Assembly: GCA_964304625.1 (NCBI GenBank)
Contig: OZ199838.1
Span: 10,805,607-10,869,606 of the forward strand
Direction of reading: 5' to 3'
DNA from: Kudoa neothunni
Taxonomy: Eukaryota > Animalia > Cnidaria
Length of the DNA stretch: 64,000 bases
Positions 14,111 to 29,058 of this stretch are shown piece after piece. The notes beneath the pieces were generated by a model. That model saw only the letters and a program-made list of their open reading frames with translations. It made no database searches and was not told the origin of the DNA. Position numbers and translations under genes: made by a program. Every line of letters begins with the position of its first letter. The first letter of the stretch is position 1.

Positions 14111-15577
14111 CAAATATTTTGCATGTGCAGTTATTTTTTCCTTGTATTTTCATTAATATCTAGCATGGGAATATAGAGTTTCTTTTTAAATTAAAATCAT
14201 TAAAAATATATTTTCAAGATTATTTGATCGAAAAATAAGCTATTATTTGTTGATAAAATATTTATGTATTTTTACATTGAGATATAATTTAGTAAATGAC
14301 TATTTCTATGAAATTGTAAACATTGTTTAATTTTCTTTCTTATTTTTAATGTTTTACAACACAAAGTTTATTACATTTGGAGCATAATATTTTTTTATTA
14401 TGCATCTATAACATTATTTTTAAATTGACGATTATTATTATCTATAAATATAATTTATTTTAATTTGAAAGAAATTGATAAATTTTAATATTTTAAATTC
14501 AGATAGGTTTTTTATATCTACTATTAATCATACGCTCATGTTTATGTTCGTCCAATTAACCCTTTATTATATCATAATTTCACTCTTTTATTTTTACGTC
14601 TAGTCGATTTAATTTAGTACGAAAAATGGATTAAACTACAAAATGATTTATTCATAGATTAAAATTTTTCGCAAAAATTCGGATAAAATATTAGATGGTT
14701 TTGTCTTAATTCTTAATTAAATGTAAAAGCTTAAGAGAAACGTTGAAACACGTTTAAAACTTGCGTGAAGAAATTTTATGTGTAATTGTATTACCGTCAG
14801 CAGATTACGAATGAAACATATTATTCCCATATCCAACTCATTTTTATGACCATTCTAGATAATAATTGAGCCAATATTCACTACAATGACTAATTCTTGA
14901 GTTATAATTGTTTTATCAACTGAAATTAAATTAAATTTTAATTTCATCATAAATAAAAGCTGTAAGCCTTGATAAGCTATCAAAATATTATTATCTCTAA
15001 TAGTGTTATCATGCATTCATTTATGAAATATCTCTAAATTAAAAAAATTCCACATTACTTTATCTGGCTACACCATTTATTGTCAAATATCAAATGATCA
15101 TTATTTCGGCGCTTTCAGACATAGACTGGCATAATTATCTATTTTTTTAAATTTTTCTTCGAATATGCGAGAAAGTGAAGTTAAACTTTTCTCTTGTTCT
15201 AAATAATAAAAATAAAATCTACAATATTTAGACTAACAATGTTGCTATTGGTTAGTCATGTGATATGAATACATTGGTAATTTCCCAATTTAATTCGAAA
15301 GTATTTTTCATAATTTTATCCCGTTATAATTATAAAAATATTATATAGCATGTCACTTAATATAAAATATGAATACGCCGTACAAATGCAAATGCGTACT
15401 ATCAGTTACCTACTCTACTCTATTAACAAACAATTAATCCATTAGAACACGCAATAGTTTAGCAATTTCCACATAGGTTATAGTCCAAATTTTTGTATGG
15501 ATCAATGAGATAATTCAATAATGCAAACTTATCAAAAAGTTGAATAGAAATTAATTAATTTTCTAATTTAAAACTTA

Positions 15578-16578
15578 TCAACTGGGGAGTTTGGGATCAG
15601 AATCAAGCTCGTGAAGATACATATATTCGAGGGAATCTAAAATGCCAGGATCGATTCGATAGACTTTAGGAATGACAGTTTTATCAAGTGAACGTTCTAA
15701 TTTAACTTCTGCGTCAAAAATCATTGCTTTGGATGCTCTATAATTGAAAAAATAGGTTGTGAAAAGATGTTCAATGTCTTTGTAGGCTAAATCCAATAAT
15801 AGAAATCATTAACTATAGGAATACGCATCAAAATTTACTCAAAAGGTTCAGAATGAACAATTGACCAACCATAGGGTAGTCTGTTAGACAAATAGTCACG
15901 CTGGGAAATTTGTAAGAGTGTAAACTTTCAATGAACTAATAAAACTAACTCATTTTATACACATACATTCATAATTCACTTTGTATCGGGCATAATTAGA
16001 AGGAAGATAAAACGAAGCTTCAAAGTTATGTTTTGTATCAATGCTAACGTGCGGAATGCGGGCTTTTCTTGCAAGTTTGAGGATATGATGAATCGGAACG
16101 AAGGGTTCACTTTTGAAATGACACTATTTGAATTCGGAAATAAGTTTCATCAGGTTAGAATTTAAAATCCAGGAAATCACATTAAAATTAAAAAAATTTA
16201 AATATTCCGAAGATATGAACAATGAGTCTATTGATTTCAAATGAAAAACACACTCCTCAGCGTAATCGTCATTGTTGAGTGTTTCATCCAGATCTAAATC
16301 ATATCTAGTCTATTACAAAAATAATCTCTTCAGAAATTACTAATATGAATTTCGTTTCTTTCAGGTATGAGAATTTTCTGGGTATTTTCGGTGGTTTTGT
16401 TAGAATAATGTATTGTATATGGAGTCTCCCAGCCCTAGTTTGTTATCAGTAGGAGAGTGTAAAAGTACACATTTGGTTGGTATAATTTATGAAACTATTT
16501 AATTACTTCTCTTGTTGTCAGATGATACTTAAGTAATTGACCTGTCAACCTATTGGCGTGGACAATGGCCCCTCTCAT
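15578..16578 (-). CDS. unidentified multi-exon protein, N-terminus resembling a mitochondrial presequence
   Basis: ATG at 16578 is 12 nt from GCGCATGCGT; MRGAIVHANRLTGQLLKYHLTTRE is basic and almost acid-free. About six exons can be spliced with short GT-AG introns, ending in the 15578-15796 ORF; internal junctions are uncertain. Confidence 0.6.
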
Positions 16579-18029
16579 TTGTAATCAATGGCGCATGCGT
16601 GTATATGATTATTTAATAAACGTGACTAAATGTGGTGTTTATTAATTTTTTAATGGTTGTCGTCTATCTCAATTTCTGGTATAAATATAAATGTTAGATG
16701 ATAAAATCTCTGTAGAAGTAGTCATCGTGATTGAGTAGTTTCGGTGATATTTAAAAAATCCTTTTAATGTGGAATTTTTTACATATGTTAGATCACTTTA
16801 TTTTATATATTGAAAAAATGAAAGTGAAAATTTTAAATTCAATAAGCGCGTGTGTAGGTTAAGTAGTAAAAATCACTAATCCCTATTATTGAATATCAAA
16901 CAACAAACAAAAATATCAACAGGTTAGATCTTAAAAATCCAAATTTTATTACGCTAAAGCTTAAAAGATTATGTTTAAAAATTTGGGATATACACCTATT
17001 CTTGTTAGAAAAAATTTGGTCGGTGAGGGTCGTCGGAATATTTTATAATTCCTTAAATTTTCAAGATTACCAGATAATCTAATGTTTTAGGGAATTCGTT
17101 ATGTATAATACAAGAAATAATCTGTACACTTCATTTCAAATAACGATAATGAGAAGAAATATAGAGTTTGTTTTTAAAGTGATTTACGTTTTATTGTTCA
17201 AAACTGTTATTATATTCGCCAAATTTAAAGATACTAGTGGTAAAAATAAAGTTAAATTAGTTAGATAATATTTCCAAGATATTTTCCATCAGGAATGGTT
17301 CCAAAAATTTCCTATTTTTAACAATCAGAGCTGGCAGATAAATTAAATCCTGCTGATACATTTGAAGTAACAGGATTGTCCCATGATAATACAAATATTC
17401 CCACGGGGATTAATCATAATCCCCTGCCATCAATTTTCAAATTTAAAGATAAACGTCTAGTTAGGTTTTAGTGACTGTTGACAAACACCTATTAACGTCG
17501 ATATAATAAGACTAAGAACAATTGAAACAGCAAATGTCAAAAGCTCAATAATAATATTTTTGTTGTATATAATGGAATGAATAGAATATTGGTTTTCTTG
17601 ATATATTTATGGGAATTTGGTGTTGAGAAATGCAAAAAATAAATAATCTTTCAATTAATATAGAGGGAAGTAGTGGAAAATTTATTCTTTTCGTTTATTA
17701 AGCACAATTCTTGGTACTACTTATTGGATTGTGGAGTTCTGATTGGAGGGTTGCCCTCGAGAATAATTTAAGAACCGCATAGATTCTATTGGAACCTTCA
17801 TCTTACCCTATAGAAGAAGTGTAAGAATTTAAAAAACCAAAGATCATCACTCAATTTTTGACTCTTCAAGAGCATTGACTCTGTGGGACCTGCATAATTC
17901 TACCTAATATGTCCCAGACTACCGAAAAGTCGAATTCGATTCTCCAAACCGAATTGGAGCAGAATACATAAATACATAATAAGGAGCTTACACTATAACT
18001 GAAACTTCTATAGCTAGAAAGACGTACGG

Positions 18030-18117
18030 AAAAGATTTAATTGCCTCAGCGGGACTTGAACCTGTCACCTCGGGAGTTGCGCTCTAGTGGCCCAGCACCC
18101 CTACAGCATGTTAACCG
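18030..18117 (-). mobile_element. degenerate tRNA-derived SINE/tRNA pseudogene fragment
   Basis: Minus-strand B-box GGTTCAAGTCC (18052-18062) in a locally GC-rich patch; the acceptor stem does not close, so it is not a functional tRNA. Confidence 0.4.
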
Positions 18118-18999
18118 CAAATCATTTTTTGTAGCGAAGAATAAGCAACTACGACATGTTAGCTTTCGAATTATACTTAACGTGATTGTAAACGAAAATT
18201 TATGACTGATAATATTGGCGATAAAAACTTATTTGGAGTTCACGAAGGGTTTAATCATAATATACCGGAATTAGTTATTTAAAATATTCTTGATCTCATG
18301 ATACAAAAGCAAAAAAATTACATAATAAACAACTTTTAAATTTATTGTGTTTCTACTATTAATAAAAACGTCGACAACTTAAAAACTCCAAATCTCAAAT
18401 CTATGCCCAAGAATATTCATAACAACATTCTCAAGGCATTTATTATTACTTCTCTCTCTTCGACCTTATAGCTTCTGGAATAGAAATGTTCCATTAGTGG
18501 AAATAATCTTGATATATCAAAGTTTTGATTGTGTTTATTATATTTTTTCTTCCGTTAGTGGAATAAATATATTGCACCTTAATCACTCTGAACTTTCGAT
18601 TTCGGGCAGTACATTTAAAATAGCAGCGAAACCAATCTATTAACTGTATATATTTGGTAGAATGGAATTTCTATGATAAATCTCTTACTATGTCTCAATA
18701 ATATAGATTATAAAATTGGGACGAAATATAATTGGATTACTCTCGAATAATTTCAGGTTCGCTTGTCTCTAAAGTATAATTGATTTCAAATATTCCAAAC
18801 ATATTGATTTTAAAATTAACTCATATTTAAGAGTTTATTTTAGTTAATTTTTAATTAGACGCATCACAAAAGTGTCGGTTTAAAGAATCTCCTTACAAAG
18901 TGTCTTAAGTTAGTACGAAAACCTTATTTTTAACTCGAGTCTCTTCTAAAGTATACGTCAACCTTAAATATTACAAAAAAAGGAATTTCGTTTTTTTAA

Positions 19000-19680
19000 C
19001 CCTATAATGAGACGGAAAACGTACACCTTCCAACGATTTTTGGGGTGTAATACACCTACTCTTTTCTTGGTTGCATTTATTTATAAAATAATTATACTAA
19101 ATGATCCCTCTAAATCCGATATACGAGATGTTGATAGCCTCGGACTCTTTCGCGCGCAAAAAAAATAAAATCGAGTGACATAATAAATACTATATTCTCA
19201 ATAAGGACAACTTTTATCATTACAATGACTTCTCTACCAATTAAAAAATAATCTTAAATAAATTTAACCATTTGATAACAGTAAGCCGCTGGTCCTTTGC
19301 GACCATTCAAATTATTATCAATCGAAGTTCTCGATGCAGAGGGCTTATTTAGATTCAACACAATGCAATTCTTACTATTCAATGATCTGAATATGTTACG
19401 AGATTCGAAAAATTCATCCGAATTTTCAGAGTATCTTAAAATGATCACCCAATTCCTTACCAGATGATTGGTTTCCGCTATTGTAGTCCTCAGAGCTGTT
19501 CGACATTATTAAGGTGGAGCATGTGCTAACTAATTTTTGTGACCTTCAGACGTTAAATTAATAAAAATCTAATCGACAGAATTCCCCAAACTTGTTTAAA
19601 ACAAAGCACATGAAATAACGCTTTTAATAAACGAAAAAAACATATGGGATGTATTACACCCCAAAAATCGTTAGAAGGTA
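19000..19680. mobile_element. piggyBac-type non-autonomous relic
   Basis: TTAA|CCCT left end at 18996-19003; about 30-bp inverted repeat ACCTTC(C/T)AACGATTTTTGGGGTGTAATACA at about 19025 and 19650-19680. Right terminus not found. Confidence 0.6.
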
Positions 19681-20807
19681 TTTTTTTGATCTACTTTTGT
19701 AACTTATTTTTTTTCCAAAAATTACAAAAATGAATTTTCAAATTAATCCTTAAAATATATCGATCGATTATTTGATAGCATACATTTATTTCAAGTAACT
19801 CTAAATTGTATCATAGACATTCGTGCGAATTACTCAACCAATACAACTCAGCTAGAGAACTATGTGCCAAGTATTAAGTCAAAAGAGTACGACTGAATAA
19901 TACAATTATGCTATGATGAATTCTTGTTCCCAACGAAATGAGGACTAAAAATCTTGAATCAGATTTTGCAATCATGGAGCTAATATGATTCGTTTCTAGG
20001 TTCATAATCTTTTAAGTGTATAGCAAAAAATTGGAGTTATTTTTTTATGTAGTTATTCGTGTTTACATATCGAATGACGTTTTTTAGACGCTATCATAAT
20101 AATTAGATTATAAGGAATTATTGGCGACCTATTTTCAAAACTTGTGTTAATTATTTATTTTCATAAATTTAACGCATATTTATAATCTAATTTAAGAAAA
20201 AAAGCCACTTTTCCTAATGAACCCAATCATTTTTTATATGTAGAGACCAAGAGATCTTACCAATGATGAATTCCAAATACCATATTTTAGTGATAAAAGA
20301 AAAACTAATAATTTTTGTTAAAATAACGTGATTCACCAAAGAGGTCATTCGTTGAAGCCGAATTTCAAAGTTTTTCTGTTTTCTATGAATAATTTGAAAT
20401 AACAAAAAAGCTACTCAATTAAATTAAACATAGAAGACTTGATTATTAAAAATTAACAAACTTTTTAAGGATGCTGTTATTATATTTGTAGAGTGATTCT
20501 AAACTTCAGAAAGTTTTCTATGTAATGTTTTGGTCAAAGTGACTAAATAGATTATTATCTAAAATTAAATTTACTTGAAACTGGATAAAATAAGCACTCT
20601 TATAATTTCGACGCAATTAATAATGAGTAAAAAGTTTTCAATAAAATTTGTAAATTAATATTTCGTCACTTATGCAATGAGGATCAAAATTATTGAGAAA
20701 AGAATGAAACTTTATGTTTTTATACATTTTAAATTCTCAATATAATGAATGATCCCATTATAATTTTGTTAAAATAGCATGTAAAAGTTCCAGTATATAA
20801 CGATACA

Positions 20808-22815
20808 CGGTCAGTGACCGGTTTTACGTACTTTTAAAAATCGCATTTATTTTACGAATTATATCATGAACAATTAAATAATATATTTACTAACACCCTT
20901 ATTTATAAATTTCAATGAAAAAACTTTATATGCACCTAAATTTTGAAATCCAAATATCACGTGATTTACCAATTTTACGCATCTTTTCTGGCCAAATTGG
21001 TTTATAGTTTTCATTAAGGTGACGTAAATGGCAAATAAATATAAATCTAAGAATGGAACAATTGAAGAGAAATATAAAATTATTAAATATTATCATGGAA
21101 TCACCTCAAGAGGTGCGAAGGTTGCTACTATAAAACATTTTAATATATCAACAATATCCACTCTTAATGGTATTTTAAAAAATGAAGAGAAAATTATAGA
21201 TATGTTTGAGGGGGGATTGGTTTGTAGAAATAGGAAAAATCTAAATGATGGCACCAATATTTCCCTCGATGAATGTGTCTATAATTGGATATGCTGGGTG
21301 CGATCAAAAAAAATTGAATTAACTGCCACCGACATCATTGATAAGAGAAACGAAATTGCCAGAGAAAAGAATTTACCATCAAATGCAACATACGGTTGGT
21401 TTCGGTGTTTTAAATCGAGATTTAATCTCAACAAAATAAATTTCCATGGCGAAGCGGCTGACATTGACCCATGTACAAGTTCTGAATGGCTTTCTCAATT
21501 TAAAAACTTATGTGAAGGATATAGTGATGATTGTATCTATAATATAGATGAAACCGCGTTGTTTTATCAGCAACACTGAGGTATATTTTTTCATTTGTCA
21601 TACTTGCATATTTTATATAGGTAAAAGTTATGTAAGCTCCATAGAAAGTCATACAAAGGGAACAAGAAAGTCTAAAAAACGAATGACTGTTTTGTTCGGT
21701 GCATCGCTAAGCGGAGAAAAACTTGAACCTTTGGTTATTGGACCTAGTCGAAAGCCCAGATGCTTTAAAAATATAAATAGCCTTCCAGTTTTATATGAAT
21801 CCAACAAGAAGTCTTGGATGACTAGTGAAATATTCCTAAGATATCTAACTAAAATCAATTCTATTTTCACGAAAAAAAATAAAAATGTTCTAATTTTTTA
21901 GATAATGCAACCTCTCATCAAAAAAATCATTCAGTGGCATAAAGCTGATCTTTTTACCCAAAATACCACTAGCTTATTGCAACCCCGAGATCAAGGGATT
22001 ATTCACTCATTCAAATGGTAGATAAAGAGGGAAATGTTAAAAAAATACATTTCATGTATTAAAGTGGGATTAGAACCAACCATTTTAGATGCGATGATGT
22101 TGATTAAACAAGCGTGGGAATGTGAAAGCGTATCCACCATCATACATTGCTTTCAAAAAGCTGGGTTTTCATCTCGACAAACAGTCCCTGTCAAAACCTA
22201 ACAGCATTTTGATATCACCCGACAGAGTTTATTGAAATATGTTGACACAACTCATCCAAATATATTACAAGAAGAAATTGAGGATAATGATGCCGACGAA
22301 GCTTCAATAGAGAATATCAGTATGGTCCAAACCCTATATTCTGAAAAATTCGATGAGTCTTCAGCTTCAGGTGATAAATTTTCGGAGTTTATATATATTA
22401 ACTTTATGTAGAGAATGATGATTATAGTGATGAAGCGAATTGTGAAAAAAATTGATATTTTGGAAAAGAATCCAATATCATGTCAGAAGGCTTTGGTTTA
22501 TTTGAAGGAGTTAAAATATTCTACAAATTTCATAAAGATGATCGATCAGCCATCTTAGCTTCGTTAGAAGGCAAGATACAATCAACATAATTTCAAGAAC
22601 CCTTACTCAATCAAAAATAAACTGATTACTTCCATTTAAAAAAGGACTAAGCACTATACTACCCCAAATTAGCGCATTCTAATTACGTTATTTAATAAAC
22701 AATTGAATATTTTCCTTTGGCGCATGCGCATAATTACGTAAAACCGGGCGCGACTAATTAATTTTACGTACTTTTCCATGGTCCGAGGGGATTACGTAAA
22801 ACCTGTCACTGACTG
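20808..22815 (+). mobile_element. near full-length pogo/Tigger element with pseudogenised, intron-containing CENP-B/DDE_1 transposase (about 21028-22650)
   Basis: 23-bp TIRs C(A/G)GTCAGTGAC(A/C)GGTTTTACGTA, TA on the right and CA on the left. HTH (GWFRCFKSRF), YNIDETALF, GEKLEPLVIG, WMT, *DNATSH and DQGIIHSFK motifs, and a C-terminal TDYF. In-frame stops at 21577 and 21899. Confidence 0.93.
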
Positions 22816-23713
22816 TATTAATTTTTTGTCAAAAACTGACATTTATACATTTATTTTGTCCGTAATACAGGAAATCATATTTTTATATGGGATTAAATCT
22901 TATCAGATATAATAACTAGGAATGCCGAATTAATTATATTACAAAAAAAAATTAGAAATTTTTGTACTGCTGTAAATTCTCAATATTATATGAATTAATT
23001 TTTTAATATTGAATTTATATCAAGAATATGGACGCTTTAAGCGTAATCTCACAGAAATTGTCAACAAAAAAATTCTTGTAGTTAGATGCAGATAATAATA
23101 AAGTTAATCGCAACTATTGCGAGATCCATAATTACTTAGCTAGAGAGTTTAATTTAAATATGATATAGAAACCAATACTACAATTAAGTTCTCTTCTACT
23201 GTGGAAAAATAATGAACCTTGCGATTTAGTCAATGAGACGGAGAGATGAACAAAACACCAGTCATTTATTCAGCTAAGCCTCAGTTAAACCATAAGAAAC
23301 AGTTTAAATTTGTCCTTTAAGAACTTTATATCCTGAATTTAGCCAGGATAATCTCAAATTTAACTAATATACAAAATAAAAGGTATGTTTTCTATATCAA
23401 GTAAATGAAGCCGAATTTTTGACAAAAATTAATTTAATAAAATAAGTTTAAAAATTTCTATTTTTCTACGAAAATTGTTTTTATTTTTCCTGTTTGAGTT
23501 TCCCCTAATGTGAAACTCTAGTCTAAACCTTAGATATGCGCATACAAATTGTTCCTAAACATGATAAATTAGTGTTATTTAAAAAATACCATACTCTAAA
23601 TAGTAATAAAAAACAGCTCACATTAAATGATCCGATTTATTTTTGTGAAATATTTAAATTTCAGGGAACTTGGGGTGACCAGTTGGGAACTGATTTGAAA
23701 TGCAATGGATATT

Positions 23714-25369
23714 TTAATGGAATCTAATATTTTAGAATTGTAAGATGACATAATTGAACCGATTCTTTACCTGAGTCATGTGTTTACTTTCAATCATGAA
23801 CATCCATTTCATTAGCCTTAAAATCATTAAGTTCTTTTCTAATGGATGCTTTGTCTTTGTTTGTAAGTCGTAGCCAAGGTTTTTCAGATCTTGGAGTTGA
23901 ACAAGGTCCAATTAAACTATCCCAATAGATAAATAACTACCTCCTGTCATACTCAGGCTAGGTGCAACGGTAACCACATCACAGAAACGTAATATTTTTT
24001 TGTTAACTAGTTCTGTTGGAGTGGGTCTGTGATCGAGCTAAATAAGTCCAATTTCAAGTGGCTTAATGTCATCATCGCTCAGACCTTATAATTTAGAAAA
24101 TTTTTCAATTCGTTTTTTATTCGTTGTAATTCTTCGTTGGTTTTATCTGTAAATCAAACCCAAAATGTAGTAAACCACTTAAGATAAAATTAAATAAAAT
24201 ATTACAGGGTAGATATTATTCTCTAGAAGATACCGCTGTGTGGGTCGTAAACTCAGACGTCTAAAATACGTTGATGTTATCAATATATCGGATAAACAAC
24301 CTAATAAAATGGTTTACCGATTGAGTTTAGATTTGATATCATCTCGTTCGGGCACATCGGCAGATTTTTCTAAATTTAACGGATATAACAATATATTGCC
24401 AAATTTTTCGTGAATGTATGAATTTTACGCCTAATAATATTTTTGCTCTGAAGATATTCAATTGATGGTCGGCCTTTTAATTTCGTTTTTAAGACTATTA
24501 ATTCTCTTGACTTTGGGGTCATATTCTATTTATTTGAACGTAAAGTAAACATGGAAATCCATCACTAGACTAAATTACCATTCTCGATATTTTGCCATCG
24601 ATCGCTCGCAAAGAGTTCACTAGGGGACCATCATCCAGGTCGTCGACTCTTCCTGTTCAGACGGATCGATATCGTTGAGTGGTTCTGTCCAAGTTTCAAT
24701 TTTTTCATTAAGCTTGTCACTAAAATAAAGCCACATTTGAGTGTGCAACGAATGAAATGGATTCACTTCATTGAGTCATGAACTAAAGACATAGGTTCCG
24801 TAGTCGTAGTATCCGTTTTATTATCACCTAAATATTATAATAGTCTTTTTGATTAGTTACAAATATTTTGTTGAGTCAACTTGGTTATGATTGTCAGGAG
24901 TGAGGTTTGATAAAGTGGAAATATTTTTAATTAGTTGTTTATAATGAGATTTTTTGGGTGTGGCCAACGGTTGGTTCATATTAAAATTTGAAGTATAATT
25001 GTCCGTCCATATTATGAAATTCGGATAATTTATGAAATATTTCCAGGCCTTAAATAAACGTATTAAATTTATTTCATCGTATAATTGATTTATATATAAT
25101 GAATGAGAATACTTTTTCCTTTATTTTTATTTTTCCAAAGTTTTAGACTCTTGACACGATGTTCTTCCAATGAGTCATCCTCTATGTTAGATCTGCGTTT
25201 TTGCCCTGACAAATAACGACACACTTAAACTAATCGGTGCTTTAAATGGAGGTTTTATAGGTGTGGATTTTCTTTGAAAGGGATTTATTTTATGATGGTG
25301 TTGGTTGTGATCGATCATGTAGTTTGACTGTCTAAAGTTTAGCGTCAAAAATTGATCTTTAATACTCAA
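23714..25369 (-). CDS. PHACTR: Phosphatase and actin regulator (PHACTR, RPEL repeats); reading frame broken by several 1-nt indels
   Basis: Three RPEL-like repeats ([49 protein letters not shown]) and the PP1-binding tail [42 protein letters not shown]. The 5' end is uncertain. Confidence 0.88.
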
Positions 25370-25499
25370 TAATAACCAGCGTTTATATTCATATAAGTCT
25401 TTTAACTTAAAACAAAGTGTTAGAATAGTTAATTTATTTGGATTAAAAATCTAAAGAGGGATTACTCACATTTCTCATCCTAGCATTAAAGATAATCCA

Positions 25500-28400
25500 T
25501 TAAAAATAATTTGGTCTAAGGGAAAACTTTATCTCGATATTTCCTCCAGGAATTCATTTCTGACAATCCCATTTTCTTAATTAATCGAATGTGAATACAT
25601 CAACAATTCTGTGTTCATCAAAAATAAAACTATCAACAAATTTCTGTTTCTATATTACGTTATACATTGAAAATCAATCATGAATATTATAAAAGGAAAA
25701 ATTATATCGAAACGGCCGACTGTATTTTATCGGTAGAAATAATTTACCGTTTCACTCTGTTCAGATATCAGATAGGTAGGTAGAAGGAATTTGAAAGTAG
25801 ATCGATTCGATTCTTAATAGACTTGTGAAGAAGAAAAATCACTATTATTCTTCGACAAAACAACACACTGTGTTAAATAAAATAGGAATAAACCTCAAAA
25901 ATCACAATTATATTTCAGTATAATAATTGGTCTGATTTAAACACTAGGATAGTTGCTTGTATTTAATCATGTATAACATCCTATCCGATAAATACTATTG
26001 ATATCTGTTTTCTATAGCCGTTATAAACATACTCCCAGCTCATAACCAATCCTATCCTTAATGAATTGTAAATTTTTGACCTACACCTCCATTATTTAAT
26101 TATATTTAAACAATGTCACTTAACTTTTAAGAGACCATTTAGACTTTTAAATTACAGGAGAAGCTGCAGATACGCCAGGTTATGAAAAATCACAAATTGA
26201 TTCACTTCTATAAACCGATAATTTTACAAAATTAATATTGTTTTGGTTACATCGTGTCATAAAATGTATCTAATCCTGTCCTTATGTACTAATAGTTTTA
26301 GTAGAAAGTGGATTAATAAAATATTACTTTACATAAGTTGTATAAAAAATCGGCATCGTATACTTATATTAAATCAAGATATAACGAGACTAAAGAAAAG
26401 ACAAACCAATTATGTCTGAATAGCCCAAATTTACTTAACACAGTTATTTTCCTGTGTTAACCACGTAAAAATATAACATCATCGTATCCATCATTGGGGT
26501 TTGTATAATCCACAAAAATTTAATGGCAGTTAATATTCGATGGAATTTAACGCTAAGTTGGAACAGAATTAATCGATTTGTCCACTATTGCTGATCTAAA
26601 AAATAATCATATCTAAACACAGAATCAGAATCTGATTTGTAGTCTGAATAATTATCTTCAATAGTTCCCTCGTAAATCCATTTATATAATTTAATACATT
26701 TACAGCACAAATTCTGAAATACATAATTTCAATCAATGTTAAAAAAACTTTTTGGAGTCAGGGACCATTTTCATATCTTCAACAGCTGCCAGGTACCAGA
26801 AAGCTTGAAACTAAAGTTGTAAATCGCATTTTGAAGAAATTAACGAATTTCAAAAAGCGAAAACATATGAATAATAATTTATAATTTATAAGTTTACTAA
26901 ATGCATGAATTGAGTAAAGATTGGGCATACTGACGCATTAATGTGATGAGTGCTGTTTCTTCAATTCATGGTTAAGTGCATTCTCCTAAATTCACGGAAA
27001 TCTATTAAATAGTTTTATAAAAATCCAACATCCAATTTTCTAATACGCGCCACAAATTTCATCAGAGGAGTGGACAAAGGTAGTTTCAAGCTGATATTTC
27101 GCTGGTAAATCAACCTTTGGAAACACCGAATAGGCTAACGAAAAATTTTATTAACTATCTTGAATGATCAAAATATTTAAATATTGAGTTAAAAAAATGA
27201 ATCAAAATGGCTACTTTTTCGATATAATTGTGTGTGTCGATATTTTGATTCTTCACTACATGCCGCTGAAATTTGGATAAGCGTATAAAGTTTTGAGGCA
27301 CCGATTAATGCCTAAAGATTTTTATTTGATTCTGATTGACCTAATATCGTTTGTGAGATGACATGAAAACTGATTTTTTTCATGTAATTTTCATTTCTAA
27401 TAATTTTAATGTCGAGTTATAATCAACAAGAAAAATTAAATCAGGTCCGATTAGCCATGGAAACGAAAGATTTATTTTTATAATGTATTTTTAGTAATTG
27501 AATGATCACTTCAATTAGCTTGTGAAATCCCTTAAGCATTTTACTCGATTAACCTACGTACCTAGCAGTAATAAACAAATCACAAAAAATAATTTTTGGA
27601 ACCTCATTAAGTGGCCTCGATGTATTAAATATCTAGATAAACCTTTGAAACGTTATCGATAAAATATTTCTTCATCTATTTGAAAGTGCGTCATGAATCT
27701 GAACTTAATTAGGTTTTATTACAGGTCACAAAAAACTTATTGAGCATCAATGTTTGTGCCTAGCCCAACCAACACATGTAGACATGCAATTTCACATAGA
27801 TATTGCATTATTCTCTACAATATTTGTGTGAAAAAACGTTGGTATAGATGTGATAGCTTCAAACCTCTTTGAGGATTTTATAAAAATGGAAGCGAAGGAA
27901 TTATTGCATAGATCGATGAAACTGCCGCCTTCAAAAGAGAGTGTAATGTTGGACGAGTATTAAAGAATCAGAAGCTATGGAAGATTGGAGGAATCGATGT
28001 AAATTATTTTCTTAAGATTACTCAACAGAGAAATCATGTTGTTTTCAAAACAATCGTAATAGATAACAACTAGGGAAGCTTAACGATTTGGACGGCCGGC
28101 TGGGCTGGATATGATATAGTTTAGCAAGCCTAGGCTTCGTTTGTGTGAGTCATCTACAATGAAATGATTTTATTAACCAAAGAATCCATACAAACAGAAG
28201 TGATCTACTCGAAGAATTTTTAAGCGGAAATATCGAAATTTTACTAATAGGAGTCATAAAAGCTTATCTTTTTATGTATCCGATTCTTTATTTAAAAAAA
28301 CAATGAGGATAAGGAACTTATCACATTTTTAAATAAAATATTAATTCTCCACGTAAATTAACAATTCTTCGATTTCTGGAGAGCTCTCATTTAATCCGAA

Positions 28401-29058
28401 TTTCCGTCACGAATATTGTATAGTAGCCAAAATAATCACGTTTCGTTAATACAGAAGATTATTAATCTACTTGCTGATGGATTAATTGTTGGTAATCTCA
28501 TATTAGCTTCACTCAAATAAATAATGCATTTATTTGAGAAATTCCAAAAGATGTAGACAGTAAAATTTCACGAAATAAATAAGATAATTAAGTCCCATTT
28601 CATAAACGACCGGCTCAGAATAAAATTTCACCATATCTAAAAATATACCATATTTTATTTTTTTTTAAATTGTTGGGTAATTCTTTTTCATATAAGAGTT
28701 GAAACATTACTAGAAGAATGTAGTAACCTGAAATTCACATATTTGGAGTTAAAAAAAAACGACTCTATTTCTTACCGAGAACCGAGAAGGTTTAAGATGT
28801 GCTGTTACCACCCCATTGAATTTTAAAGAAGTGAATTGATAAAAATAGATTTTGATTTTATTTCAACGATATCTTCAATTTTCTAAATAAAATCACATTG
28901 TTCCATTTGTAGATTTATATTTCTGTATCGTTCTCTTAATAAAATTACCCAAATTATCAATACACAAATATAATAAATGATTTGTTGAAATTTAGAAAGA
29001 GGTAAAAATACACGTTTTTATTCACGGGCGTCTTAGCTGTAAGCTTTAATGTTTTCAT
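25500..29058 (-). CDS. probable leucine-rich-repeat cell-surface protein (possibly LRR-Ig/FN3 type), heavily frameshifted
   Basis: Fragments read by eye: LRR-like RIVNLRG.., NNFTSIPP and IDLCNNSF; an LRR-CT-like ENNAIS(C)NC at about 27790-27815; an FN3-like YELGVC.TAIEN at about 26010-26045. Candidate ATG at 29058 adjoins GCAGCGC. Boundaries are approximate. Confidence 0.45.

Noticed and set aside
18041-18117. Functional tRNA gene
   Set aside because: B-box present but no closing acceptor stem or D-arm.
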